Notes: generated by a model from the sequence alone, not told the origin. A DNA stretch of 64,000 bases from Candidatus Latescibacterota bacterium (GCA_965221775.1 CBDCSU010000004.1:64001-128000), one strand, 5' to 3'; positions 9,418 to 19,443 are shown, counted from the first letter of the stretch. A program made the numbers and translations.

Positions 9418-11304
9418 ATGAGCTCCATCCAGATACGCGAAGGTCTGCAGAGCGACTATCCCGACGTGTACACCCCCGCGGCCCTCGCCGCCCTCGGAGC
9501 GCTGGCTCCCTTCAACCAGGAGCAGAAGGCGGTCATGGCCGAGCGCATGGAGCGGCGGGAGGCGCGGGCCCGGTACCGGGAGCGCATCGCCTTTCTCGAA
9601 GAGGACGACTGCATTCCCCGGACCCCCATCCGCGTGGGCGAGGCCCGGCGGGGCGAGTTCATCGGCTCGGAGATCCCCGCCGACCTGCGGCGCCAGTGGA
9701 TCCAGGGGACCGGCCCCGCCTGCAAGCCGCGGTCGCCGGTGGAGCGCAGCATCCGCAACGTCGCCTACGCCCTGCTCTCCGGCGCCGACGGCTGGATGTT
9801 CGACGGCGAGGACGCCCTCGGCCAGATCACCACCATGTCCCTCGACAACCAGCGGAACCTGGCCCTGGCCATCCGCCGGGATCCGGTCTTCCTGCAGGCG
9901 GCGGAGCAGGTGGCGGCGGAGATGAACGAGTGGGCCTCCGGCTTCTTCGGCCGCGGGATCGTCGACGACTGGGAGGGGCAGCTCGGCTTCACCACGAAGA
10001 TCTTCCGCGCCCGGGGGCTGCATCTCGACGACCGCCACACGCGGGACGGAGAGGGGGCGGCGCTGTCGGCCTCGATCGTCGACCTCGCCCTGTACGTGGC
10101 CAACAACCACGAGGAGCTTCAGGGGGCCGGCTCCTCCATCGTCCTCTACCTGCCGAAGATCCAGACCGCCGGCGAGGCCGCCCTGTGGGCGGAGATGCTC
10201 GACGCCCTGGAGGCCCACCTCGGGCTGGACCAGGGGACCGTCAAGGTCTACGTCCTCGTGGAGCAGCTCGAGGCGACCTTCCAGCTCATGGAGATCCGCG
10301 CCGCCCTGGGCCGCCACTTCGCCGGCTTCAACACCGGCCGCTGGGACTACATCAACAGCGTCTCCGACGCCATGGCCTGGGACCCGGGGTTCGTCAACCC
10401 CGACATCGAGGCGATCACCATGACCTACGGGTACATGCGCAACTACGAGGACCGCGTCCGCCGGGCCGTCAACACCGCCGACCGGGCCGGCGGCTTCGCC
10501 CTCTGGCAGGGGGGCATGGAGCCGAACATTCCGGTGGGGTCGGAGGAGGGGGTGGCGCTGAGCATGGAGAAGGCCGTGGCCGGCGCCGAGCGCGAGCAGC
10601 GCGAGGGGGCCAGCGGCAAGTGGGTGGCTCACTGGAAGATGGTCCACATCGTGCGGCCCGTGTGGGAGAGGGCGGGGGAGGAGAACCAGCTCGGCCGGCG
10701 TTTCCCGCCCCTCACCTACACCGAGGAGGACGCCGACGGCCTGACCCTGCTGGAGCCGGCGCCGCGCACGGTCCGGGGCGCCCGCAACCTGATCAGCGTC
10801 GCCGCCCAGTACGGCAACGCCTTCGGCCAGGGCTTCCAGGCGGCGGCGTTGAAGCCGGCCGACTTCTTCGGCGACGACGACATCCTCTACCTCATGGAGG
10901 ACATGGCCACCGGCGAGATCCGCCTGAGCATCCTCTGGGAGTGGCTCCACAAGGGCGGCCGCCTCACCGACGCCGACGAGGGGACGGGAGCGGGGGAGGG
11001 AGACGCCTTCGACCTGGAGCTGTTCCGCCGGCTGCTGGAGGAGGAGTTCGAGAAGCTGCAGAGCGCGGGAGACCGGGACGTGCACGACGACTCCAAGGGG
11101 ACGACGCTGCCCATCGCCCGCGAGATCGTCGAGAGCTACGTGCTGTGGGAGACCAAGGCGCCCTGGTACATCGACCTGCTGAACATCAACCTGAACAACC
11201 ACGACCTGGCGAAGGCGAAGGAGCGGATCCGTCTGTACTCGCAGGCCTTCGCCCGGGACGGTACGAGGATCACGGAGAACCTTGACTTCGACCCCGGTCC
11301 CTGA
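9418..11304 (+). CDS. aceB: Malate synthase (type A-like)
   Basis: WMFDGED, LYLPKIQ, FNTGRWDYINS, GKWVAH, YLMEDMATGEIRLSILWEW. Confidence 0.9.
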   Translation: MSSIQIREGLQSDYPDVYTPAALAALGALAPFNQEQKAVMAERMERREARARYRERIAFLEEDDCIPRTPIRVGEARRGEFIGSEIPADLRRQWIQGTGPACKPRSPVERSIRNVAYALLSGADGWMFDGEDALGQITTMSLDNQRNLALAIRRDPVFLQAAEQVAAEMNEWASGFFGRGIVDDWEGQLGFTTKIFRARGLHLDDRHTRDGEGAALSASIVDLALYVANNHEELQGAGSSIVLYLPKIQTAGEAALWAEMLDALEAHLGLDQGTVKVYVLVEQLEATFQLMEIRAALGRHFAGFNTGRWDYINSVSDAMAWDPGFVNPDIEAITMTYGYMRNYEDRVRRAVNTADRAGGFALWQGGMEPNIPVGSEEGVALSMEKAVAGAEREQREGASGKWVAHWKMVHIVRPVWERAGEENQLGRRFPPLTYTEEDADGLTLLEPAPRTVRGARNLISVAAQYGNAFGQGFQAAALKPADFFGDDDILYLMEDMATGEIRLSILWEWLHKGGRLTDADEGTGAGEGDAFDLELFRRLLEEEFEKLQSAGDRDVHDDSKGTTLPIAREIVESYVLWETKAPWYIDLLNINLNNHDLAKAKERIRLYSQAFARDGTRITENLDFDPGP

Positions 11305-11347
11305 GTCAGTCGCGTCCGAGCAGTCGCCCGAGCGGGTTGCGCGCCTG

Positions 11348-14300
11348 TTGGCGGGCGCCGCCCTCGTGGCCTCGCCCCTTGAACTGTTGGCGAGGCACGT
11401 CCGCCGGTCAGGGGGTTCGGCCCGGCTTCCGGCACCTGCGTCCGCCCCGCGGGGGCAGCATCCGGCGAGTGATGTCCGGCGGTCGGCGGGGGCAGTCCTG
11501 CCGCCGGCGAGGGTTGCCGCGCGGACGGCGGGCGCAATTCTGCCGCCGGCGAGGGTTTGCCGGTGGCTCTCGATCGCCGCCCTGCAGCTGGCGCTGGCCG
11601 CCGCCCCGGCGGGCGCCGAGCCTCCGGACGAGGAAGCGATCCCCCTGAGCGGATGGCGGGCCCTGGCCGTGCCCGTCTCCGGCATCACCGTCGACGGTCG
11701 CTTGGACGACTGGCCGGCGGAGATCCCCGTCCACCCGATCCGCAGCAACACCAACGCCTACGGCGAGACCGACATCAGCGGCGCCGACCTGGACGCGAGT
11801 CTGGACTTCTCCCCCTCCTTCCGCGCCGGGTACAGCCTCGAGGAGCAGCGGGTCTACGTGGCCGTCGAGGTGCGCGACGACAGCGTCCACGCGAGGCAGA
11901 CCGGCCACCAGGACACGGACGCCCTGGAGATCTACCTCGCCGCGCGGCCCGGCGCGGAGCCGGTCTACTACGTGCTCTGTCCGCCGGGGGGCGCGTACGG
12001 GCCCGGACGGCCGAACCCCTCCGTGCTCGTCCCCGCCCTTGGCGAGATGCCGCTGGACCGTTCCGGCTCGCGGGGGGCGGTGGGACGGGAGGGCGGGACC
12101 ACCATCTACGAGTGGTCCCTGGAGCTTCTCGGCGATTCCCTCGAGGACTTGGTCGAGCTGCGCCCGGGGATGACCCTCGGCTTCGACGTGGCGGCCGTCG
12201 ACCAGGACTCGGAGACCGGCACCGCCGCCTGGGTCTCCTGGACCCCGCCGACCCGCAAGTTCTCCGGTGGCGGCCGCATCGGCGGGCTGGTGCTGGGCAG
12301 GGGAGGGGGGGACCTCGGCGCGGTGACGCTGCGGGTACAGGACGAGGCCGGCGAGGCCCTGGCCGGCGCCTGGTTCGAGCTTTGGCAGGACGAGACCAAA
12401 GTGACGGCGGCCCTCACCGATGCCCGGGGCCGCTCTTCCGCAGCCGTCCCGGAGGGGACGTACGAGATCCGCGTGGCCGGCCACGGCTTCCACACGCAGG
12501 TCCTGGAACGCCGCGTCGCCCGCGATACTCCCGTGGACCTCGATGTGGTCCTGAAGGACCTGGGGACCCGCTTCCACGTGGACGACGACGCGTCCCCGGG
12601 AGGCGACGGCAGCGAGGCCCGCCCCTTCGCAACGATCGCCGCGGCCCTGGCCATCTGCAGCCCCGGGGACACGGTGCAGCTCGCCCCGGGCACCTACCAC
12701 CAGCCCCTGGAGCTGATCCCTCACGTCACCATCCTCGGCGCCGGCCACGACCGCACCCGGGTCGCCGGCGAGGCCCACTGGGGCCTGGGCCTGCGCCCCT
12801 TGATCACCTACTACGGGGGCCGGGGGGAGGACATGTGGGCCGTGCACCGGCCCGGCGTGACCATGGCCGGGTTCACCCTGGACGGCGGCGGCGAGTACCC
12901 CGACCGCACGGCGGAGGAGGTCTCCGACCTGCTGGCCGTGGTGACCGCCATCGGGCACCGCACCCTGGGGACCTACGCCACGGAAGAGGACGCGGCCGTG
13001 GTGCGGGAGCTTCTCGAAGCCCGTCCGGGCCTGGCCTCGGCGCGGATCCACGCGCCCGGCGCCTGGCCGGGGGGCAGCACCCTGCTGCACCGCGTGGTCA
13101 GCATCTACGACGATGCCAGCGACGCCGAGCACGAGATCGCCCGGCTGCTCATCGAGCACGGCGCCGACGTCAACGCCCTCGGCGGCCAGGCCCGCGGCCG
13201 GGGCGAGACCGCCCTCGGCTATGCCGGCTTCTTCGGCGATTCCCGCCTGGTCCGGCTCTACCTCGCCCACGGCGGCGATCCCAACCGGCCGGGCGCGTCC
13301 GGCCTGACGCCCCTGGACGTCACCGCCCACGAGGGATCCCACGTGCAGGGGAGCACCACCCACATCCCGGCCCTGGAAGCCCTGATCGAGGCCGGCGGCC
13401 GCCACGACCCGGGCCACCTCGTCCTCCTGCGCCACATCTCCCGGCTCGAGTCCGACCTCGACGCGGACCCGGCTCTCGTCAACGCCACCATCCCCCTGCG
13501 GCACGCCCGGGACGAGCAGGGCACGCCGCTTCACGAGGCCGCCGACGGCTGCGACGCCGAAATCGCCGGGATGCTGCTGGACCGGGGCGCCGACGTGGAC
13601 GCCCTCGACACCATGGGACAGACGCCCCTGCAGAGGGCCGCGCGCCGGGGCTGCGGCCGGGACCTGGGGGATGGAGGCCGCGAGTTCCTGGAGCTGCTCT
13701 TCGAGCGGGGCTCGGTGGACCTGACCGCCGCCGTGGTCCTGGGCGACGCCGCGCGGGTGGCGGCGATCCTCGAGGCCGACCCGGGGTCCGTCGACGCCGC
13801 CGACCCCGACGGCTGGACGCCGCTGGACGTCGCCGTGGACAAGGGGCGCGGGGAGATCGAGGCGCTCCTGCGCGCCGCCGGCGCCCCCTTCGGCCAGAAC
13901 GTGGAGGCCATGCTCCGCGAGGCGCCCTCCGGGCACGGCGTCCGCCGGGTGATGGCCCGCTCCGACATGGAGAGCGACGAGCCGGGGTACCTCCACGTGG
14001 AGCCCTCGGAGTCCCTCGACATCCGCGGCCCGATCACCCTCGCCGCCTGGGTCTACCGGGTCGACGACGGCGGCACCGCCATCGGCAAGTGGCGGCAGCT
14101 CGACGAGGCTTGGTCCTACGTCCTCCACCTGTCCTCGGACGACGGCTTCCACCTGCACTGGGAGGACGGGACCCAGTCGAACCTCACCGACTTCGCCATC
14201 CCCTACCACCAGTGGGCCCACGTGGCGGCCACCTGGGACGGCTCGCGCATGGCGGTCTACGTCAACGGCGAGCAGGCGACGCGGATGCGCGTCCCAGCCG

Positions 14301-17300
14301 GCAAGCGCATCGCCTCGACCGGCAACCCGGTCTGGATCGGCTCCAGCGGCTACGGGGACCGCACGCCGGGGCTGATCGACGACGTGCAGATCTGGAACGT
14401 GGCGCGCACGCCGGAGCAGATCCGGGAGTCGATGCTGCACGGCCTGGGCGGCGACGAGCCGGGCCTGGCGGGCTGGTGGCCCATGGACGCGCCCCGGCCC
14501 CTGGCCGACGGCTCGCCCCACGGCAACCACGGGCGGCTGCAGGGCGTGGCCCGGGTGCAGGCCGACGGGGTTCCCGTCGGCGAGGTCCACGCGCCGGAAC
14601 AGGCCCTGTGGCTGCTGGCGCCTGCGGCCCCCCGTGCGGCCGGGGGACACGACCGGCCGCAGGAGCCGCCCGTCGGGCGCACCGCCTTCGCCGTGCCGGT
14701 GTCGGGCATCACCGTCGACGGCCGTCTCGACGACTGGCCCGCCGACATGCCGGTCTACCGGCCGCGCGAGATCACCGGCGCCTACGGCTCCACCGACCTG
14801 ACCGGCACCGACCTCGACGAGAGCGCCGACTTCAGCCCCTCCTTCCGGGTCGGCTACAGCCTTCAGGAGCAGCGCGTCTACGTCGCCATCGAGGCGCGGG
14901 ACGACCGCGTCCACGTGACCCACCGCAACGTGCGCTCCACCGACGCGGGGGAGGTCTACCTCGGCGGACGCCTGAACACGGCGCCCTTCTGTTACAGCCT
15001 GGTCCCGCCCGGGGGCAGCTATCGGCCGGCGGGCAACCCGCTGGTCAGCTTCGACGACTGGGACGAGGAGTGGCCGGCGGAGCGCGTGGGGGCGGAGATC
15101 GTCTTCGGGCGCGCCGGAGACGTGAGCGTGTACGAGTGGTCGCTGCCGGCCCTCGGGGCCACGCCGGAGGACGTGGCCGCTCTCGCCCCGGGGCAGATCC
15201 TGCCCTTCGATCTGGTCGCCGTCGACAGCGACAGGCCCGGCGACACCTCGGCCTGGATCGCCTGGGGCCGGGGCCGGCCCAAGAGCCGGTTGGAGCACAT
15301 GGGCCGGCTGGTCCTGGCGGGGTCCAACCTGGGGACCCTGGAGGTGCGGGCCCTCTCCTCGGATGCACCCGTGGCCGGGGCCGGCCTCGAGTTGTGGCGC
15401 GACGGGGTGCTGGTGCTGGCCGACGAGACCGACGGCGGCGGCCTGGCGCGGCACTGGCTGCCCCCGGGCCGGTACACCCTCGCCGCCGCCCCGCGCGGGT
15501 ACCAACCCTACAGGCGCCAGTTGGAGATCCCCGCCGGCGCTTCGGCGCAGGTGACCGCGCCGCTCCAGGATCGGGGCACGCGGTTCCACGTGGACGACGA
15601 CGCGTCCCCCGGCGGCGACGGCAGCGCCGGGCACCCCTTCGGGACGATCCAGGAGGCCCTGAACGCCGTCAGCTACGGCGACACGGTGCAGCTGGCGCCC
15701 GGCGTCTACAGCCGGCCCCTGGAGCTGATCAGCGGCGTCACCATCCTCGGCGCCGGCCCCGATCGCACGCGGGTCACGGGGGAGGCCCACTGGGGCCTGG
15801 CCCAGCGCCCCTTCATCGGCTACTACAACGGCCTGTGGAACGTGGAGCTGCGCGACGTGGTCATGGACGGCTTCACCCTCGAGCATGGGGAGAGCTATCC
15901 GGCGCGGCCGGCGCGGGAGGTCGCGGACGGGCTCGCCCTGGCCATGGCCGTGGACGCCGCCGACGCGGCCACCGTCCGGGCCGTTCTCCAGCGCGCGCCC
16001 GGCGCGGCCTCGGACCGCATCCTGTCCCCCGACGCCGACCCCCGGGGCAGCACCTTCCTGCACCGCATCGTCAGCGTCTACGCCGACGCCACCGACGCCG
16101 AGCACGAGATCGCCCGGCTGCTGATCGAGCACGGCGCCGACGTCAACGCCCTCGGCGGCCAGGCCCGGGGCCGCGGCGAGACCGCCCTCGGCTACGCCGG
16201 GTTCTTCGCCGACTCCCGCCTGGTGGAGCTCTACCTCGCCCACGGCGCCGACCCCAACCGCGTCAACCCGACCGGGGGAACCCCCGTCGACGCCACCGCC
16301 CGCGAGGGGTCGCACCAGCGCAACCGGCCGACCTTCATCCCCGCCTTCGAGGCCCTGGTCCGGGGGGGAGGCCGCTACCACCTGGGCCACCTCGTCCTGC
16401 TGGGACACACGGAGCGCCTCGTGGCCGATCTGGACGAGGACCCCGGTCTCGTGGACGAGCCGGTCCCCCTCCGCTACGAGCCGGACGTGCGCGCCACCCC
16501 CCTCCATCAGGCCGTCAACACCCACGACGAGGAGATCGCCCGGCTCCTGCTCGACCGCGGGGCCCGGGTGGAGGCCGTCGACAGCCGGGGGCGGACACCG
16601 CTGCACCTGGCAGCCGGCAACGGCTCGGCCCCCGTGTTCGTGGAGCTGCTCCTCGAGAGAGGCGCCGATCTGGAGGCCCTCGACGCCGCCGGCCGCACTC
16701 CCCTGGCGCGAGCCGTCTACAACCGGCGCCAGGAGAAGGTGGAGCTGCTAATGGAGCGGGGCGCCCGGGTCCACCTGTTCTCCGCCGCCGCCCTCGGGGA
16801 CTCCGGGCGGGTGCGGGCCCTGCTCGCCGAGGACCCGAAGCGGATCCAGGCCCGGGATGGGGACGGCAAGACCGCCCTCGGCGTCGCCCTCGACCACGGC
16901 CGAGAGGAGTTGATCGATCTGCTGCGCGAGCACGGCGTCGACGATCCCGCCGCCGAGCGGCGGATCCTGGCCCGGGACGCTCTGACCACGGCGGCGGGTC
17001 TGACCGAGGCGATGAAGGCGGGTGACGCCGACGGGGTGCGGAGCCGCCTCGGGGAAGGCGAATGGCTCACCGTCCCGCCCGGCGGCGCCGATCTGTTCGA
17101 CGGGGAGACCCTGCAGGGGTGGTGGCCCCTCACCGGCGGCTGGCGCGTCGAGGAAGGACTCCTCCAGGCCCCGACCTCTCGCCGCATCCAGTTCCTGCTG
17201 TCGCAGTGGATCGCGCCCGGACCCTTCGAGCTGCGCGCCCAGGTGCAGCTGCTGGAGCGCGGACTCAACGACGGCAAGATGCTGGGCTTCCTGGACGCCG

Positions 17301-17605
17301 CCGGCCGCTACGTGCAGATCACCCTCGACGACGAGCCGGACCGGCTCACCCTCCTGACCGGCCGCAAGTACTTCAGGGCCGAGGGCATCCGCGGCACGTG
17401 GAACGTGGAGAGTTCGGCGGATCGGCCCATGGAGGCGGGCGCCTGGTACGACGTGGTCTGCCGGATCGACGGCTCCGAGTTCACGGTCTCGGCCGGAGAG
17501 GCGCGGCTGAGCCACCCCTTCGAGGTCGAGTTCCCCGTCTTCCTGTGGCTGGAGGTGCAGCGCACGGGCGGGGCCTTCCGGGGTCTGAGAGTCCAGAAGC
17601 TGTGA
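11348..17605 (+). CDS. Giant secreted multidomain protein: 2x[CBM9/DOMON-like - carboxypeptidase-regulatory-like - DUF1565-like - ankyrin repeats], central LamG, C-terminal DUF1080-like domain; start uncertain
   Basis: ITVDGRLDDW (x2), FHVDDDASPGGDGS..PF.TI..A (x2), HGADVNA/GxTPL ankyrin motifs, WAHVAATWDG..YVNG and GLIDDVQIWN (LamG), LFDGETLQGW..WRVEEG; signal-like WLSIAALQLALAAAPAGA. Confidence 0.85.
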   Translation: MAGAALVASPLELLARHVRRSGGSARLPAPASAPRGQHPASDVRRSAGAVLPPARVAARTAGAILPPARVCRWLSIAALQLALAAAPAGAEPPDEEAIPLSGWRALAVPVSGITVDGRLDDWPAEIPVHPIRSNTNAYGETDISGADLDASLDFSPSFRAGYSLEEQRVYVAVEVRDDSVHARQTGHQDTDALEIYLAARPGAEPVYYVLCPPGGAYGPGRPNPSVLVPALGEMPLDRSGSRGAVGREGGTTIYEWSLELLGDSLEDLVELRPGMTLGFDVAAVDQDSETGTAAWVSWTPPTRKFSGGGRIGGLVLGRGGGDLGAVTLRVQDEAGEALAGAWFELWQDETKVTAALTDARGRSSAAVPEGTYEIRVAGHGFHTQVLERRVARDTPVDLDVVLKDLGTRFHVDDDASPGGDGSEARPFATIAAALAICSPGDTVQLAPGTYHQPLELIPHVTILGAGHDRTRVAGEAHWGLGLRPLITYYGGRGEDMWAVHRPGVTMAGFTLDGGGEYPDRTAEEVSDLLAVVTAIGHRTLGTYATEEDAAVVRELLEARPGLASARIHAPGAWPGGSTLLHRVVSIYDDASDAEHEIARLLIEHGADVNALGGQARGRGETALGYAGFFGDSRLVRLYLAHGGDPNRPGASGLTPLDVTAHEGSHVQGSTTHIPALEALIEAGGRHDPGHLVLLRHISRLESDLDADPALVNATIPLRHARDEQGTPLHEAADGCDAEIAGMLLDRGADVDALDTMGQTPLQRAARRGCGRDLGDGGREFLELLFERGSVDLTAAVVLGDAARVAAILEADPGSVDAADPDGWTPLDVAVDKGRGEIEALLRAAGAPFGQNVEAMLREAPSGHGVRRVMARSDMESDEPGYLHVEPSESLDIRGPITLAAWVYRVDDGGTAIGKWRQLDEAWSYVLHLSSDDGFHLHWEDGTQSNLTDFAIPYHQWAHVAATWDGSRMAVYVNGEQATRMRVPAGKRIASTGNPVWIGSSGYGDRTPGLIDDVQIWNVARTPEQIRESMLHGLGGDEPGLAGWWPMDAPRPLADGSPHGNHGRLQGVARVQADGVPVGEVHAPEQALWLLAPAAPRAAGGHDRPQEPPVGRTAFAVPVSGITVDGRLDDWPADMPVYRPREITGAYGSTDLTGTDLDESADFSPSFRVGYSLQEQRVYVAIEARDDRVHVTHRNVRSTDAGEVYLGGRLNTAPFCYSLVPPGGSYRPAGNPLVSFDDWDEEWPAERVGAEIVFGRAGDVSVYEWSLPALGATPEDVAALAPGQILPFDLVAVDSDRPGDTSAWIAWGRGRPKSRLEHMGRLVLAGSNLGTLEVRALSSDAPVAGAGLELWRDGVLVLADETDGGGLARHWLPPGRYTLAAAPRGYQPYRRQLEIPAGASAQVTAPLQDRGTRFHVDDDASPGGDGSAGHPFGTIQEALNAVSYGDTVQLAPGVYSRPLELISGVTILGAGPDRTRVTGEAHWGLAQRPFIGYYNGLWNVELRDVVMDGFTLEHGESYPARPAREVADGLALAMAVDAADAATVRAVLQRAPGAASDRILSPDADPRGSTFLHRIVSVYADATDAEHEIARLLIEHGADVNALGGQARGRGETALGYAGFFADSRLVELYLAHGADPNRVNPTGGTPVDATAREGSHQRNRPTFIPAFEALVRGGGRYHLGHLVLLGHTERLVADLDEDPGLVDEPVPLRYEPDVRATPLHQAVNTHDEEIARLLLDRGARVEAVDSRGRTPLHLAAGNGSAPVFVELLLERGADLEALDAAGRTPLARAVYNRRQEKVELLMERGARVHLFSAAALGDSGRVRALLAEDPKRIQARDGDGKTALGVALDHGREELIDLLREHGVDDPAAERRILARDALTTAAGLTEAMKAGDADGVRSRLGEGEWLTVPPGGADLFDGETLQGWWPLTGGWRVEEGLLQAPTSRRIQFLLSQWIAPGPFELRAQVQLLERGLNDGKMLGFLDAAGRYVQITLDDEPDRLTLLTGRKYFRAEGIRGTWNVESSADRPMEAGAWYDVVCRIDGSEFTVSAGEARLSHPFEVEFPVFLWLEVQRTGGAFRGLRVQKL
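11650..13640 (+). repeat. Copy 1 of ~2-kb intragenic module (copy 2 at ~14675-16615)
   Basis: Near-identical DNA, e.g. GACGCCGAGCACGAGATCGCCCGGCTG...GGCGAGACCGCCCTCGGCTA at ~13121 and ~16094. Confidence 0.9.
14675..16615 (+). repeat. Copy 2 of ~2-kb intragenic module
   Basis: Colinear with 11650-13640 at protein and DNA level. Confidence 0.9.
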
Positions 17606-17634
17606 ATGCGGGCGTGCGGGCCGGAGCAGCGAGT

Positions 17635-17940
17635 CTAGTCCGGACGGCCCTCGGCGGTGTGACGATCGATGTCCATGGAGACATGCAGGATCCGGATGAT
17701 CTGCAGGCAGCCGTCGGCTTCGCGGAAGAGGATGACGTGGCTTTCCTGGAGGTACGAGAAGAGGCCGGGACCGAGCTCGGGCCGCTGGTGCCAGAGTCCG
17801 GCGTTCCTCGTCAGCCAGGCGATCCGGACCAGGATCGCGTCTATGTAGCAATCGGCCTGGGCCTCGTCCCACCGGTCGGCCGAGTATGCCCAGATCGAGA
17901 GCAGGTCGTCCTCCGCCGCGGACGACAGGACATACTTCAC
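17635..17940 (-). CDS. parE: Type II toxin, RelE/ParE family (ParE-like)
   Basis: YVLSSAAEDDLLSIWAYSADRWDEAQADCY...RPEL...HVILFR...IIRILH. Confidence 0.85.
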   Translation of the reverse strand: MKYVLSSAAEDDLLSIWAYSADRWDEAQADCYIDAILVRIAWLTRNAGLWHQRPELGPGLFSYLQESHVILFREADGCLQIIRILHVSMDIDRHTAEGRPD

Positions 17941-18227
17941 GACGACGCTTGGCGCCTGCGGGCCTTCGCCTTGACCTCCCCGGCCAGTTGCCTGAGATCG
18001 GCCTCCTCGTACTCGGAGAAGCCCCCGCTCTCGATGGCGTCAATGCCTCGTTGCACCTCCGCGCGGAGCACTTCGAGCTTCCTTGCCTGGCTCTCGTCGA
18101 ACTCCTCTTTGGATACGAGCACGGCCACGGGACGGCCATGCTTCTCGATCGTCACCGGTTCCATGCGGGCCGTGTCCAGGAGCCGGCCAAAGCGGGCCTT
18201 CGCTTCATGGGCTGAGATCACGTGCAT
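17937..18227 (-). CDS. Type II antitoxin, Phd/YefM N-terminus with ParD-like C-terminus
   Basis: ISAHEAKARFGRLLDTARMEPVTIEKHGRPVAVL; tail KLEVLRAEVQRGIDAIESG; 4-bp overlap with the toxin. Confidence 0.9.
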   Translation of the reverse strand: MHVISAHEAKARFGRLLDTARMEPVTIEKHGRPVAVLVSKEEFDESQARKLEVLRAEVQRGIDAIESGGFSEYEEADLRQLAGEVKAKARRRQASS

Positions 18228-18255
18228 CGCGTACCTTTCGCTCGATATGATCTAA

Positions 18256-18290
18256 TTGGCCAATATAGTCAAATTGGACCATTAGTCCAA
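18256..18290 (-). promoter_or_regulatory. TA promoter with two tandem 17-bp operator palindromes
   Basis: TTGGCCAATATAGTCAA (18256-18272, imperfect) and TTGGAC-catta-GTCCAA (18274-18290); minus strand reads TTGGAC-N17-TATATT. Confidence 0.7.
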
Positions 18291-18309
18291 GAGAGCGAGA
18301 GAGGAGACC

Positions 18310-19443
18310 ATGAACATCCTTGCGGCCAACGCCGGAAGCACCACCTATGAATATGCCGCCCTGGCCGCTGCAGCCCTCGTGCTGCACGGCCCCTTGGCCG
18401 GCACCACCACGGAGGCAGTCATGGCATCGGAATCGACGAGGGCGGACTCCGCGGCAGGATCAGGCCGCGTGCAGCTCGACCTGCAGACCCGGACCACGGG
18501 CAGCTTCGCCGGCTGCCTCGAGCCGGCCCTGAGCGCCGCCGGCGTCGACTGGTCGCTGGAGCACCTGCGCGGCTATCTCGGCCCCGCCTTCGCCTTGAGC
18601 ATGAAGCCCGACGGCGGGCACCTGAACCAGGCCGACAACTACGAGTGGCACTACTTCTACGACATGCTCGACTTCCTCGAGCACGAAAGCATCAGCGTCG
18701 CCCTCAAGGGGGTCCTGGCGGTCCCGCCGGAGGAGCACGACGCGGCCAAGGCCCGCGGCTGGGAGATGGTCCGCCGCGCCCTCGACGACGGTTACCCCGC
18801 CATCGTCTGGCAGGCCATGACCGTGGAGACCAGGCAATCCGGCCGACGCCCCATCCCCTTCCTGTGGAGCCTGATCACCGGCTACGACGAGGAGGCCGGG
18901 ACCTACAGCGCGCACCATGGCGCCGCCGGGGACTTCACCATCGGCTGGGACGCCTTCGGCCACTCCGATCCGGTGAACTGGTTCTGCGTCATGGTCTTCC
19001 GGCCGCTGACGGAACCCTTCGACGGCGCCGCCGCCAGCCGCAAGGCTGTCGAGCACGCCCTCGCGGCCTCCCGGGGGGAGCATCCCGGCGGTCCGGGTCC
19101 GGCCCACGGACTGGCGGCGTGGGAGATGTGGCTCCAGGCCTTCCGGGAGGGCACCGTCGACGTCCACGCCGTCGGGGGGCACGCCGGCTTCCTGGTGCCG
19201 GCGCGCCGGGCCGCGGCCGTCTACCTCCGCGACGTCGAGCCCCACTTCCCGGAGGCCGCCCGGGCGGCCCTGGGGACGGCGGCCGACAGCTACGACCGCG
19301 TGGCGGCGCGGATCTCGGAGCTGCGCGCCCTGTGCGCGACGGATGGTCCGGACCTACAGCGGGCGGCCGACGTCCTCGCTTCCGCCCTCGAAGCGGAGCG
19401 CGCCGCCCTGGCGGCGCTGCAGCAGGCCCTGGAGGCCCCCTGA
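18310..19443 (+). CDS. Hypothetical protein, BtrH/papain-like-fold candidate (alternative start 18421)
   Basis: RBS GAGGAG; host-like codon usage; SFAGCLE, VRRALDDGYPAIVW, WSLITGYD, HGLAAWEMW pattern. Confidence 0.6.
   Translation: MNILAANAGSTTYEYAALAAAALVLHGPLAGTTTEAVMASESTRADSAAGSGRVQLDLQTRTTGSFAGCLEPALSAAGVDWSLEHLRGYLGPAFALSMKPDGGHLNQADNYEWHYFYDMLDFLEHESISVALKGVLAVPPEEHDAAKARGWEMVRRALDDGYPAIVWQAMTVETRQSGRRPIPFLWSLITGYDEEAGTYSAHHGAAGDFTIGWDAFGHSDPVNWFCVMVFRPLTEPFDGAAASRKAVEHALAASRGEHPGGPGPAHGLAAWEMWLQAFREGTVDVHAVGGHAGFLVPARRAAAVYLRDVEPHFPEAARAALGTAADSYDRVAARISELRALCATDGPDLQRAADVLASALEAERAALAALQQALEAP

Noticed and set aside
9418-11304. Glyoxylate-shunt operon
   Set aside because: No isocitrate lyase in the window; a stand-alone malate synthase is ordinary.
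11400-11560. Short degenerate direct repeats (CTGCCGCCGGCGAGGGTT twice, ~42-bp period) as a possible CRISPR or regulatory array
   Set aside because: Only two good copies, no unique spacers, no cas genes; more likely local slippage in a leader or signal region.
11408-17025. Very long alternative-frame and antisense ORFs (1732 aa minus, 1822 aa plus) over the giant gene
   Set aside because: Shadow ORFs expected in high-GC coding DNA; Arg/Gly/Pro-rich with no motifs, while the 2107-aa frame has clear domains.
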